This document shows, one piece after another, positions 35,229 through 47,964 of a stretch of DNA of 64,000 nucleotides. Both the position numbers and the translations under genes were made by a program. The notes below the pieces were generated by a model. It saw nothing but the letters and a program-made list of their open reading frames with translations, searched no databases and had not been told where the DNA came from. Each line of letters begins with the position of its first letter. Position 1 is the first letter of the stretch. The stretch is from Ranitomeya imitator (Eukaryota), in the NCBI RefSeq assembly GCF_032444005.1, contig NC_091287.1, positions 513,050,001-513,114,000 on the forward strand. Reading direction: 5' to 3'.

Positions 35229-36707
35229 CTTTACCATATAACTATGCATAACTTAGTAATGGATAGCCGTGGAAACCACGGCTCTCTGACCGGCAGGGAT
35301 GATTTCACTGCCAATCATCTGGTGGTGTTTCCCACCCTGTCTCACAGCTTGGAAAACACCATTTTTTGTGCTGTGTATGTTCGGCTATATTCGGAGATTT
35401 ATTCGATTGTTATATCGGCGAATATTGCAAATTTGGTGATCATGAGCAGAACTGAACATTGAAATATTCACTCATCTCTAGTCCTGACACAAAAAGAGAG
35501 CTCTTTACTACTTTCACCACGTCCAGCCATAGGCTTGAAGGTGTCTGCTACTTCATCAGCCATGGTAAGCAAGGAAATATTTTAATGTGCAGTCATCGAA
35601 TATATATGAAATTGGAACTGCATTACTGCTATAGAAAATATGTTAAAAAATGAAGGTTCTTAGTTAGAAATTAGCCAATTCATGAGAGCCCATCAGCCGC
35701 GGCAATGTGTACCACCTTGATGAGACCCTAACCTTATATGCCTCTCCGAGGCTGAAAGCCTACAATTTCAAGGGTAGACAGGATCCAGCTCCAAAATTCC
35801 TTTGGCTGATCAAAAACTGACCAGAATCACCGAATAGAATAAGACAAGTTAAAACAGGTGCAAACAATCATGACTACTCTATAAAACCCGCTAGTCTGAC
35901 TTTAACTTTTGTCTTGTTTTACTTTTCTTGGGTTGATACCAGAAAATTAACACCTAAATAATCATCTCTTACATAATGCTCTGGTGCTAGTAGAGCCCTG
36001 AGACCCAAACAAAAGTCATATTTAAAATGGAGCTTTATAAAAGATTTGGGCAATACAAATGGGTCCCTACTGTCAGAAAATGGAGTTATATCTCCATTAG
36101 AGTACATTAAAAAAAAACTTTAAATGTCTCACATTGATGAAGCAATGGTTGAAAAGCATTAGCTTTTTTCTTCTATGATTTTTGAAAGCTTCTCACATTT
36201 TCAAAGCATGTCATGTCAGGATGCTTGATATGCTTTCTGAGCTGAAACCATTGCCATGGACACGCTGCACTTATCCATTCTGTATTATAACTCTAAAGAA
36301 AGTGAATTTTCTTTGTTTACCATTAGCTAAAAAAAATAAGAAAACCTATAACATATGTAGAAAAAAACCCTCAATTTTCAAACTGTCCAAGTACTCTAAG
36401 CTATAAAAACAAGAAATGCTTAAGTCAACAAAAGTTTAGTTTATCAGTCGTGATGAGCAAATCCACTTTGATATAGTAGATCTGCTCAAACATGAACAGA
36501 AAATATGATTTGCGTCAATGTTTTTGGCTGTAAATTAACTGTTCCTATGTATTAAAGATAGCAAAAAGAGGGATATTGACTCAGCACCATCGCTTAATTG
36601 GGGTGGAGGACTCCTGCGTGTGTGGTCTGACATATAAAAAGTCGGTGAAACAGTTGTGCTCAACTAACAAGTCATGAGTAGGAAAAAAGGCACAACAGCA
36701 TGTCTAA

Positions 36708-37095
36708 GGCTACTTTCACACTAGCGTCGTGTGACGTACATCACAATGCGTCGTTTTGGAGAAAAAGATGCCTGCAGGATGTGTTTTTCTCCACAGACTT
36801 GCATTAGTGACGCATTGCGACGTATGGCCACACGTCGCATCCGTCGTGCGACGGATGCGTCGTGTTTTGGCGGACCGTCGGCACAAAAAAAGTTCCATGT
36901 AACTTTTTTTGTGCGACGTGTCCGCCATTTCCGACCGCGCATGTGCGGCCGGAACTCCGCCCCCTCCTCCCCGGACATTACAATGTGGCAGTGGGCATCC
37001 GCTGCCTCCGTTGTTCATTTATTTCACAACGTCCGTCGGTACGTCGGGTCGACGCATGGCGACGGCCCTGTACCGACGGAAGTGTGAAAGTAGCC
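36708..37095. mobile_element. Harbinger-type MITE
   Basis: TAA|GGCTACTTTCACACT...AGTGTGAAAGTAGCC|TAA. Confidence 0.9.
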
Positions 37096-37266
37096 TAAAA
37101 AAGAAAAAAGATAGCAGCACTCCTCACAGTTATAGATAAAATATGTTCTTCTATTCCTATCTTTAAAACATCCCTGCAACAGAGGGGGCGGGAGAGGAGG
37201 AGAATGGCTGTTGTAACAAAGCAGACAACGGCCAACTTTTCTCTTTTTTTTGGACATGCCTATATA

Positions 37267-37767
37267 CACACGTGGTAAAAAAAAAGCAAAAAAACACCCA
37301 AGAATGGCTAAGAGGAAAATATTGGACTATTCGGAAGTGACCTTCTATGAGCCCTGACCTAAATCCTATTGAACATCTTTGGAAAGAGCTGAAACATGCT
37401 GGAAAAGGCAACCTTCAAACACGAGACAACTGGAGCAGTTTACTCTTGAGGAGTGGCCAAAATACCTGTCGAGAGGTGCAGAAGGCTCATTGACAGCAGG
37501 AATCGTTTGATTGCAGTGATTGCCTCAAAAGGTTGTGCAACAAAATATTAAGTTAAGGGTTCCATCATTTCTGGCCAGGCCTATTTCATGAGTTATATTT
37601 TTTTTTTAATTCTGTGGAAGCATGGTTGAAAAGCAATGTCTGTCTTTCATTTGTTCATTTTAATAGATTGTTTATTTATTACTTTTGTCAGATTCAAGTT
37701 ATTTCTGTGACCATTGTTGGTCTTTCTGCCATTAAACGAGGGGTACCAACAATTTCGACCACGTGTG
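37267..37767 (+). mobile_element. Internally deleted Tc1 element
   Basis: TA|CACACGTGG...CCACGTGTG|TA. It retains the decayed C-terminus [15 protein letters not shown]...RLIAVIASKGCATKY*. Confidence 0.85.
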
Positions 37768-38715
37768 TAGACTGAAGACTTAATAAACTTAAAAAGTAAC
37801 CCACTTACAGTTCATACAAATGCTACCTAGAGATTAAACATGCAGGCAGGTTACCCCTTTGAAGCTTCAAATCAATAAGAGCCACATTTCTAACATTCGT
37901 AAGTGAAGCGATTGCCTCTGATCAAAATTGAAGATGAATGTTCCTTTATTGTTTCCAGTTCTTATGTGTCCATATATTTGATAGTGACACATAAAAAAAA
38001 CTCCAAATGCAATGTAAGTTAAATGTATTAATATTAAGAAGTTCTTGAGCCTCGCTATGTAGCCATCGAGGGTAAACATACCTCAAAGAAAAGAAATGTT
38101 GACATAGATAAAACCGTAGCTAAGCCACAACTACCTCACCCAAAGACAGGTAAGTTCATTATTATTGACAGAATTTTTAATGTTCAAGCACTCGGAGGAG
38201 ACTTCACAATAGTGAACACTCAGCAACCATTGCAGAGAATATATAAATTATTATCAAAGCTAAGTTCCCCTTTGTAGAAGACTAAACAAAGAATAAGAGA
38301 GAACGCCATGGTCTGCTTGACTGTATACCTACTGCGTGTATTTAGAAATCACACATAAACGCTATATTAACTTTTCATTAGACCAGAAGGATCTGAAACG
38401 TGACTCCACCGCTAGAAGAAAAAGTACATTTATCTACAGGTCTCATTCTCCAATTAGAAGTTATTGGTGGTCACAGCGGGCAGCCTCCACAAAAGGAAAC
38501 TTTTACAAGTCTGGGAAAAATCCTCAAATAGTTTAAGCACCTATCTGATAGATACTGTAGAGATTCTCAGCCAGAGCTGAATCAATAGAATTGATGTGAG
38601 AAGAAACGGCATTATGAATATTTCAGCAAAATTTAATCTGGAAAAAAAATATCTGAATTTTTTTACACCATTCTTTAGTAAAAATCTTATTTTTCTCTGG
38701 GAGGTTTGACATTAA

Positions 38716-39134
38716 GGCTACTTTCACACTAGCGTCGGAATCTCCCCGTCGCAATGCGTCGGGCAGAGATTCCGACGCTAGCGTTTGACGCACTGCACAA
38801 TGGGTGCAGGGGATGCATTTCTCCGGCGCATCCGCTGCCCCATTGTGAGGTGTGGGGAGGTGGGGGCGGAGTTCCGGCCGCGCATGCGTGGTCGGAAAAA
38901 GCGGTCCGTCAGGAGCAAAAAACCTTACATGTAACGTTTTTTGCTCCCGGCGGTCCGCCACAACATGGCGCAACCGTCGCACGACGGTTGTGACGTGTGG
39001 CAAAGTGTCGCAATGCGTCGCTAATGTTAATCTATGGGGCAAAAACGCATCCTGCAAACAACTTTGCAGGATGCGTTTTTTGCCATAAACGACGCATTGC
39101 GACGTCTGGCAAAAACGCCAGTGTGAAAGTAGCC
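38716..39134. mobile_element. Harbinger-type MITE, same family as 36708-37095, opposite orientation
   Basis: TAA|GGCTACTTTCACACT...AGTGTGAAAGTAGCC|TTA. The central segment is the reverse complement of that in the first copy. Confidence 0.9.
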
Positions 39135-39504
39135 TTAGAGACACAAATTGTGTCATACGGACCTCATGACACAATTGGGACCTGGTTTCCCCCCTCCCCC
39201 ACACCATTATGTGGTTCAGATATATGGGCCCCGATATGTGTTCACAATATATTTTAATAAAACTTACTAAAAATGCAGCAATTAGAGCATTTTCTAATGA
39301 ATACTTGCATATACAGTCATTCAGTTACTAAGTCACAATATTATGATCATGCCGTAACTGAGCAAAGTTCACTTTACCAATTAAAATGCTGTACAATTGC
39401 AATCTAGTGCTGTCACACCATGACCACGTACTACCATAGCATCTGAATATGACCCCTATCCCGTTACTGAGCAAAACCCATTATATACCAAGATCAATGG
39501 TACT

Positions 39505-40025
39505 AATTACATAGTTGCATAGCTATATAGGTTGAAAAAAAATCTAGGACCATCAAGTTCAACCCTTCTCCACCAATTGTTAATTTTGGCACTAAATTAA
39601 CTATAATCCACAATGTTTTGTGTCTTGAGGAAATCATCCGGCCCTTCTATAAAAGCAGTTATAGTGTCGGCCATTACTACATCTTGTGGTCGGCATTCCA
39701 CATTCTGACTGCTCTAACTGTAAAGAACCCTTTCCTATGTAACTGTTGGAATTGCCTTACCTCCACCCGTAATGAGTGCTCTCTGGTCCTAAGTATGGTC
39801 TTTGGAAGGAATAAGTCATCTGCTGTCTTTTGAACTGACCACACATATATTTATACATGTAAATGAGATCTCCTCTGAGGAGTCTTTTTTTCTCTAAGCT
39901 AAACAAGCCCAACTGTTCCAACCTCTCATCATATGAGAGGCCTCCATCCGTTGCAATAATCTAGCCTTTGAACTGACTTTAAGTTCTGAATATCCTTTCT
40001 AAAACGTGGAGCCCAAAACTAGATC
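39505..40025 (-). mobile_element. 3' fragment of a CR1 LINE
   Basis: The minus strand gives decayed FWAPRFRKDIQNLKSVQ, LEQLGLFSLEK and RRSHL...M, then a 3' UTR with GTTGAACTTGATGG and a (CTATG)n-like tail. Confidence 0.8.
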
Positions 40026-40399
40026 GCATCTTCCACTACCACATACAAGGAGAAATCAGGGTCGGTTTTAGACAAAGTGTGGCCCATGGCAATAGTTTTA
40101 AGTAGGGCCCCAAACGCTCACATATTGGACCATCACACAGAAACATCTAGTTTGTATTTACATGCGCTGGTTCAGGCCGTTAAACTAGCGTGATCGACAA
40201 TATTGAAGTGTTCGGCCTCTTTACACCGGCTGAAGAAGAATGATAGGCACAGAACGTTCACTAGAAGGTCAATTTGTCACCGTCCAGTATCATGTGTTCA
40301 GCTGCATTTCTGCAGTTTTCACTGGACGATGTGCTGCTGGGATAATGATTTTTGTTCCTCCATAAACAATCCAATCATCCGATGAATGAGCAGCATTTT

Positions 40400-41320
40400 G
40401 CTTGCTTAGTAAAATGTACCCAATAGTCCTCCACATAGTATAATGCATGGTGTAATACACACTGTCTAGTCCACCATATAGTATAATGTGCCCCATAGTC
40501 CTCCATATATTATGATACACTCTCCATAGTCCTCCATATAGCATAATGCTATATTCATAGTTCTTCATATAAAATAATGCACTCCCTAAAGTCTTCCATA
40601 TAACATAATACACCGCCTTTAGTCCTCCATATGGTGTATTACACTCCCCATAATCCTCAAAATAGTATAATGCATCCCATATACCTCCATATTGTATGTT
40701 CCACCCCAATAGTCCTCCATATAGTATTATACACTCCCTATAGTCCTCAATATAGTATTATACGATCCCCACAGTCCTCAGTATAGTGTAAAGCATCCCA
40801 TAATCCTCCATATTATAAAGCGCACCCCCATAGTCCTCCATACAGCACAATGTACTGACCAGAGTATAATGCACCCCATAGTTCTTCATTTAATATCATG
40901 CATTCCACATTGTCCTCCATACAGCATAATGCAGCCCCCTATATAGTATGCATAATATAATGCACACACCATAGTTCTTGATAGAGTATAATGCAGCCAC
41001 ATAGAGTATTAGGCAGTTCCATAGATTATAAAAATACAGCGCAATAGAGTATAATAGTGCAGCCTCATAGAGCATAATACAGTCTCATAGAGTATAATGC
41101 AGTTTAATACAGTATAATGCAGTCTCATAGAGTATAATTCTGTCCCTATATAGTATAATTCAGCCCCCATATGGTATAATGCAGTCTCATAGAGTATAAT
41201 TCAGTCCCTATATAGTATAATTCAGCCCCCATATGGTATAATGCAGCCCCATAGAGTATAATCCAGACACACAGAGTATAATGCAGACCCACATGTTATA
41301 ATGCAGCCCCTATAGAGTAC
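40400..41320. repeat. Degenerate ~20-bp minisatellite (AGTATAATGCAGCCCCATAG)
   Basis: Read directly. Confidence 0.8.
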
Positions 41321-41322
41321 AT

Positions 41323-41900
41323 GTTGTCTTCTGGTATTCTCTTGCATTTTCCATAATGCACTGGGGATTGGCGATTTTGTCAATGGTGCCTCTTCCTTCC
41401 TGAACCCAGCATGAATAACAGGTAACTCTCTCTTGGTTGATGTTCTTAGGCACTGTTGGATGTTCCTCAGGAGATCTTTGCTTGCATGGGGTATCAGGGC
41501 GATAGTTTAATAGTTGGCACAGTCCATCGTTTCTTCTTTTTTTGGTATTGGAATAAATTCTGACCTCTTCCATTCTACTTGCAGGTTTTCAATATTTGTT
41601 GGCAGAGCGCTGTTAGTTCTTTCAATGGTATGGACTTGAGCAGTTCCGCTGGAATTCCATCATTTCCAGGGGCTTTCCATTTGGCCAGCAGTTTCACTGC
41701 AAACATGACTTTTATATCCAGGATGTCAGGTTCCAGTTCCAACAGCTCATATTTTGCTACCTGTCCTTCTTGGTTGTTTTGGTTATACTCTTTTCTTTCG
41801 TCTTTCGTTTCCTGCTAGTTGTGCAGCTCTTCTCTAGTACTCCCATGCACACACTTCACGTATTAGTACAGTTCTCTCATATGTCCTTTCCTGTAAGCTT
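41323..41900 (-). mobile_element. RTE-clade (BovB-like) LINE reverse-transcriptase fragment
   Basis: Decayed motifs LEPDIL, KAPGNDGIPAEL, WKRSEFIPIPKK, DCANY*TIALIPHASK and GRGTIDKIAN..IMENAREYQK, in the same order as in BovB ORF2. Confidence 0.8.
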
Positions 41901-43009
41901 CCTCTGGAGATATTTATGGAATCGTGTAAGTGTACAGGTAAATCCAGTGACTTGTCGGTGATTACCACTATGACTGCTTCCAACCATAAATAGTCTGTCT
42001 ATGATTTATAACACAATGGTTGAAAAATGCAAAAGTTGTGACATGTTTCTATTATACTTTTCCTCTGTTTGTTCCACGCCTGGTTTTGGCTTACAAATAT
42101 TGTTGTAAAATACTGAACAAACAATAAATGTGAGGATGTGGCCTAAGACCTGCATTGAGCCACTATCAGATCCATGGTTTTAACAATGTGTGAATACATC
42201 CACTTTACTCTTTGGAGCAAAGTACTGAAAGAGGAAAAAAAACATTGGACAGCATTCGGACTTGAATTAGCCTAAGGTGGCCATATAAGATGGACGATGA
42301 TCACATCGCAATGCATTTAAGTGCCGCAATTGACCTGTGTAAATGGACCCTCAGATCCAGACACCCTATAGGTGACATTTTCTCTTTTTGAAGCTTTTCT
42401 CATCCTTTTCTTCTTTTTCTGGTCCCGACGCTATAGCTCGTCTCAACAATCATCCTTCTTCTTCAGTCTTCTGCAGCATATCCTGACACATTGCAGTTAA
42501 AAATAAAAAGTATCATTATAATGCTGCTTAAACAAAAAATAGCTGTCTATGCTGTGTTCTCTAAATAATTGCTCCTCACTGTGATCTCTGCCCAAAAAAG
42601 TGACATCCACAATGTCTCTCTTATCATACATGAACTCCTCTGCTATAAAATATTACCTCCACACCGTCCCCCTTATAATTATAATTCCAGCCTATCCCTC
42701 CCCATGAACCATGAACAATAACTATGAAACCATCCTCCCTTAACAACTATGGCCTATACACTGTTCGCCCTACACATTGTGTTATACCTGCGTTATAAAC
42801 GATAGCCTCCAAACTGTCCCCGCCTTCAAGGTCACTCCCCTCAATGCACTCACTCCATACTGTGCCTTATGTTCACACTGTACTCCATCCATACTTGCCC
42901 TCAAGAAATACCACTCACCCTCACTGTCTACAGTAACAATTCCTTTCATATTAATCTTCACCTTAAGTGCTTACCTTCCCCTTCTCTGTGGCGCTTTAAC
43001 ACATACAGT

Positions 43010-43395
43010 CCACACCCCATGTACCATGCACATACAGCCTGCACCCCCATGTACCCCCTACATACAATCCACACCCCATGTACCACGCACATACAGCCTG
43101 CACCCCCATGTACCCCCTACATACAATCCACACCCCATGTACCACGCACATACAGCCTGCACCCCCATGTACCCCCTACATACAATCCACACCCCATGTA
43201 CCACGCACATACAGCCTGCACCCCCATGTACCCCCTACATACAATCCACACCCCATGTACCACGCACATACAGCCTGCACCCCCATGTACCCCCTACATA
43301 CAATCCACACCCCATGTACCACGCACATACAGCCTGCACCCCCATGTACCCCCTACATACAATCCACACCCCATGTACCACACACATACAGCTTG
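43010..43395. repeat. Homogeneous 59-bp tandem repeat (~6.5 copies, two ~30-bp subunits), grading into degenerate ~20-bp repeats up to ~44620
   Basis: Unit CACACCCCATGTACCACGCACATACAGCCTGCACCCCCATGTACCCCCTACATACAATC. Confidence 0.95.
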
Positions 43396-43649
43396 CACGC
43401 CAATGTAACCCTCACTTACAGCTTGCACTCACATGTCCTAAACACATACAGCCTGGACTCCTATATACCCCACACATACAGTCTGCACTCCCATGTCCCC
43501 CACACATGCAGACTGCACTCCTATGTTCTCTACACCTATAGTTTGCACTCCTATGTTCCCACCTACGTGTAGACTGTACTCCTATGTCCCCCACACATAC
43601 AGCCTACATCTCCATATGAACCACCACATATATATTTATTTATTTATTT

Positions 43650-43850
43650 AATATGCAGTGCTATCATATTCCGTAGCACTTTGCCGACATCATCTTTGCT
43701 GTCGCCACTGGGACTCACAATCTAAATTCCCTGTCTGGCTTTGAAGTGTGCAACGAAACCGGAAAATCTGGAGGAAAACCACACAAACACGAGGAGAACA
43801 TACATATTTTTTGCAGATGTTATCCTTGATGATATTTGAGCTGCACCCCT
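43650..43850 (-). mobile_element. Decayed V-SINE copy
   Basis: Collinear with 34992-35228 (CTCACAATCTAAATTCCCT, GGAGGAAAACCACACAAAC, TTGCAGATGT). Confidence 0.7.
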
Positions 43851-45006
43851 AAATGTACCCCTAAACATTGTCTGCACCCCACATATGTACCCCCACATAT
43901 ATCCAGTGCCCCCATGTGTCCACAACATGTAACCTTTAACCCCATATGTACTCTCACATGTAGCCTGCACCCTCATATGTACCCTCACAAGTAGCCTGCA
44001 CCCTCATATCTACCTCCACATGTAGTCAGCACCCCATTTGTACCCCTTCATATAGTCTGCACCTCAAAATGTAGACTTCACGTCTATTTGTACCCTACGC
44101 CCCCAAATGTACACCCTCATGTAGCCTGCACCTCTACATGTACCCTGCACCCTCATTTGTACCTTGCATCCCCATATATACTCCTACATGTAACGTACAC
44201 CCCTATATGCACCCTGCACACCATATGCACACCACATGTAGCCTGCACCCACATATGCACCATCACATATACTTGCACCCCCACATATAGCTTGCACCAA
44301 CACATATAGCTTGCACCCTCAAATGTACCCACACATATAGCCTGCACCACCATATATACCCCCACATGTAGCATGCACCCCTATACAGTATGTACCAGAC
44401 ACATATCTTGCATCGTACATATGGGTTTCATTCCCACATATAGCTCTCACACCCCATATAGCTTATACCCCCACATATAGCTTGTACACCCACATAGAGC
44501 TTGTACCCCCTTATATACCTTGCACTCCACATATAGCTTGTAACCCCACATATAGCTTGTAACCCCACATATAGCTTGTAACCCCACATATAGCTTGCAC
44601 CCCCATGTTACCAATACAAAGTCTACACCACTATATGTTCGTCCATACTCGGCCTGCTATCCCAAATACCCCTGTTCCCTAATTACCTGTCAGCAGTGCC
44701 TCTTCTGCTGCTTCCTGCCCAGGAAAACACTTCAATTTTAATGTAACAAGAGTTGCGTTAAACTGTATGAATGGTAAATTGAATAAATAAAAATGTTAGG
44801 AAGTTTTTTTTTATTAATAGAACATAATGTAAAAGAACCTGCTCTGTGTAGCACAAGCAATCAGATGATCGCAATTTCCAGCCTCCAATGGACACTATTG
44901 AAGCAAGTAAAGGAAAAGGGTTTTAAAAATATTTTAAAAAAGATCACTCCCCATTCAAAATAAAAGAATAAATAAAACACAAATATTTGGTATTGCTGTT
45001 TAGAAT

Positions 45007-45963
45007 TAGGGTTGAGCGAAACGGGTCGGCCATTTTCAGAAGTCGCCGACTTTTGGCAAAGTCGGGTTTCATGAAACCCGACCCGACCCCTGTGTGGGGT
45101 CGGCCATGATATCGGCGATCTTCTGAATCTGGAATCGGAATTCCGATACTGATTCCCGATATGTTTAAGATATCGGGAATTGGTATCGGAATTCAGATTT
45201 AAGTGTAAAATAAAGAATAAAAATAAAAAATATTGCTATACTCACCCTAGGACGCGCCCTGGTTATAACCGGGAGCCTTCCTTCCTAAGAATCAGCACTT
45301 GAAGGACTTTTCGATGACGTCACGGCTTCTGATTGGTCACGTGACGCCCATGTGACCGCTCACGCGACCAATCAGAAGCCGTGACGTCATCATAAGGTCC
45401 TTCAAGCGCTGATTCTTAGGAAGGAAGGCTGCGGGTTACAACCAGGGCGTGTCCGGGGGTGAGTATATTCCTAATAGGTATATACTCACCCTCGGACGCG
45501 CCCTGGTTGTAACCCGCAGCCTTCCTTCCTAAGAATCAGCGCTTGAAGGACCTTTCGATGATGTGACGGCTCCTGATTGGTCGCGTGACGCCCATGTGAC
45601 CGCTCACGCGACCAATCACAAGCTGCGACGTCATCGAAAGGTCCTACAAGCGCTGATTCTTAGGAAGGAAGGCTCCCGCTTACAACCAGGGCGCGTCCGA
45701 GGGTGAGTATAGCAATATTTTTTTATTTTTATTCTTTATTTTACACATTAATATGGATCGCAGGGCCTGAAGGAGAGTTTCCTCTCCTTCAGACCCAGGG
45801 AACCATTAGAAACCCAATGCACAGCATTGGGTTTTGTGTTTCGGCCGACCCCGACCCCGACTTTTCTATAGGATCGGCCGATTTCACTCGACCCGACTTT
45901 TGAAAAAGTCGGGTTTCGTGAAATCCGACCCGATCCTATAAAAACAAAAGTCGCTCAACCCTA
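45007..45963. mobile_element. Non-autonomous hAT element with two tandem ~230-bp hairpins
   Basis: TIR TAGGGTTGAGCGA...TCGCTCAACCCTA; perfect 8-bp TSD TTTAGAAT. Confidence 0.92.
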
Positions 45964-46539
45964 TTTAGAATTACTCGATTTATCAATATATAAAAGGAAA
46001 TAATCCGGTCGGTAAACGCTGTAAAGAGAAAAAATCAAAGCCCCAGAAATAAGTTTTTTTGCTTGCCACGACATTGAATTAAAATGCAATAATGGGCGAT
46101 CAAAAGATCATATCTACAATAAGATGGTATCAATAAAAACATCAAATCGACATGCAAAAGATAAGCCATCACCCAGCCCCAAATCACAAAAAATGCAGAC
46201 GCTAAGGGTCTCTTAAAATGGCGACTTTTTGCTTGTTATTTTTTTAGAAAGTTTGAATCTATTTTTCCCCACTTAAATAAGAACCTACACACATTTTTTG
46301 TATCTACCAACTCATAATGACCTGGAGAACCATAATGGCAGGTCAGTTTTAGTTTTTTCTGAACATGGTAAAAAAAAAAAAGCTAGACAAAAAACAATTG
46401 AGGAATTGCACTTTTTTGCAATTTCACTGAACTTTGATTTTTTTTTCTAATTTTCCAGTATACTATATGGCAAAACCAATAAAAAAATAATTAATAAAAA
46501 GTTGTCTCGGAAGAAGGAGAGGAAAAAACGAAAACTTAA

Positions 46540-46867
46540 AGGGACACTGTCACCTGGATTTGGAGGGAGCAATCTTCAGCCATGGAGGCGGGGTTTTTGG
46601 GTTTTTGATTCACCCTTTCCTTACCCGCTGGCTGCATGCTGGGTGCAATATTGGATTGAAGTTCATTCTCTGTCCTCCATAGTACACACCTGTGCAAGGC
46701 AAGATTGCCTTGTGCAGGCATGTACTACGGAGGACAGAGAATGAACTTCAATCCAATATTGCAGCCAGCATGCAGCCAGCGGGTAAGGAAAGGGTGAATC
46801 AAAAACCGAAAAACCCCGCTTCCATGGCTGAAGATTGTTCCCTCCAAATCCAGGTGACAGTGTCCCT
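46540..46867. mobile_element. Kolobok/T2-family palindromic MITE (328 bp)
   Basis: TTAA|AGGGACACTGTCA...TGACAGTGTCCCT|TTAA, with arms complementary almost to the centre. Confidence 0.9.
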
Positions 46868-46899
46868 TTAAAAACTGAAAAAGGTGGTGAAAGAGTTAA

Positions 46900-47480
46900 T
46901 CATCCATACAGGTTAACACGGTTCTTGTTACATTGTGGTGGTATATAGAGCTCAAAAAAGTTCCAAAATTTGTTATGGATTCAATTAGTCATCCATACAG
47001 TTTAACACGGTCCTTATTACATTACTGTTGTATATAAAACTCAAAAACACTTTAACAAAAATCTTTATAGACTCAATTACTAATCCATACAGTGTAACAC
47101 GATTCTTGTTGCATTAGGATGGTAGATAAAAGTACAAAAACCCTTCCAAAATTTCTTATGGATTTAATTAGTCATCAATACAGTTTAATGTGGTTATTTT
47201 TATATTATTGTGGAATGTAAAACTCCAAACAACCCTTTAAAAATTTGTATGGATTCAATTTTTCATCCCTACAGTTTAACATGGTTCTTATTACATTACA
47301 ATGGTATATAAAACTCCAAATAACCCTTCCAAAAATTTTAAAGATTACATTTCTCATTCATACAGCTTAACAAGGTTATTGTTATATTACGGTGGTATAT
47401 AAAACTCACAAGAAAACTTCCAAAAGTTTTTATGGATTCAATTAGTCATCCATACAGTTAAACATGTTTTGCGTAAAATT
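46900..47480. repeat. About 6.5 diverged copies of a ~90-bp AT-rich tandem repeat
   Basis: CATCCATACAGTTTAACA recurs near 46901, 46992, 47082, 47173, 47264, 47355 and 47447. Confidence 0.85.
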
Positions 47481-47964
47481 ACGGTGGGTTCACATTTTAA
47501 AAACCTTTTGGCCTGGTATAGTTGACAAAATATTTTTGTTAAAAAATTGACTTTTGTCATATGCAGTATACTGTAGGACTTGGTTTGTGTTCATTTTTGT
47601 TGGTTTGAAATAAAAACCTAAATTGGCCTGCTACAGGTGTACAATGCTGGTCTGTTAGTACTTGGTCCCTAGCTGCCACTATTTCTCCCGGTGTGGCATC
47701 CGATATTTGTATCCTGGAGGTGTTTGGAGCAGAAAAACACCAGGTCAAGGTGTAGAAAATGTAAAATGAAGATAAATCAAGCTCCACAAACAGTGAATGT
47801 TTTATTCACAAAACTACTTTAAGGACATACAGAGTCAGCAATACAGGTTATAGCACACGCATCGACTTGTTTCAGGTGTCTGCGCGCCGTTAATCATCAT
47901 ACCCACATTGTATCAGTACGTGTACAGGAACATCACATGTCCTTACCAATATGGTTACTGGAAT

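Larger units (their letters stand above)
44800..46895. mobile_element. Right part of a non-autonomous piggyBac-like element hosting a hAT element and a T2 MITE
   Basis: Ends GTGAAAGAG|TTAA. The interior resembles 63560-64000 (CAAAATAAAA...ATATTTGGTAT, GGAATTGCACTTTTTT). The left boundary is approximate. Confidence 0.5.

Noticed and set aside
42380-42490. Possible terminal exon on the minus strand (ICCRRLKKKDDC*)
   Set aside because: It is short, has a weak acceptor, has no partner exons and is not recognisable.
42777-43572. ORFs of 164-254 aa with 59-aa repeats
   Set aside because: These are translations of the 59-bp tandem repeat (3 units = 59 codons).
47855-47900. UGAUGA...GAAAC..GUC on the minus strand
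   Set aside because: It lacks C3 and coherent stems II and III; at most an old Penelope-like relic.
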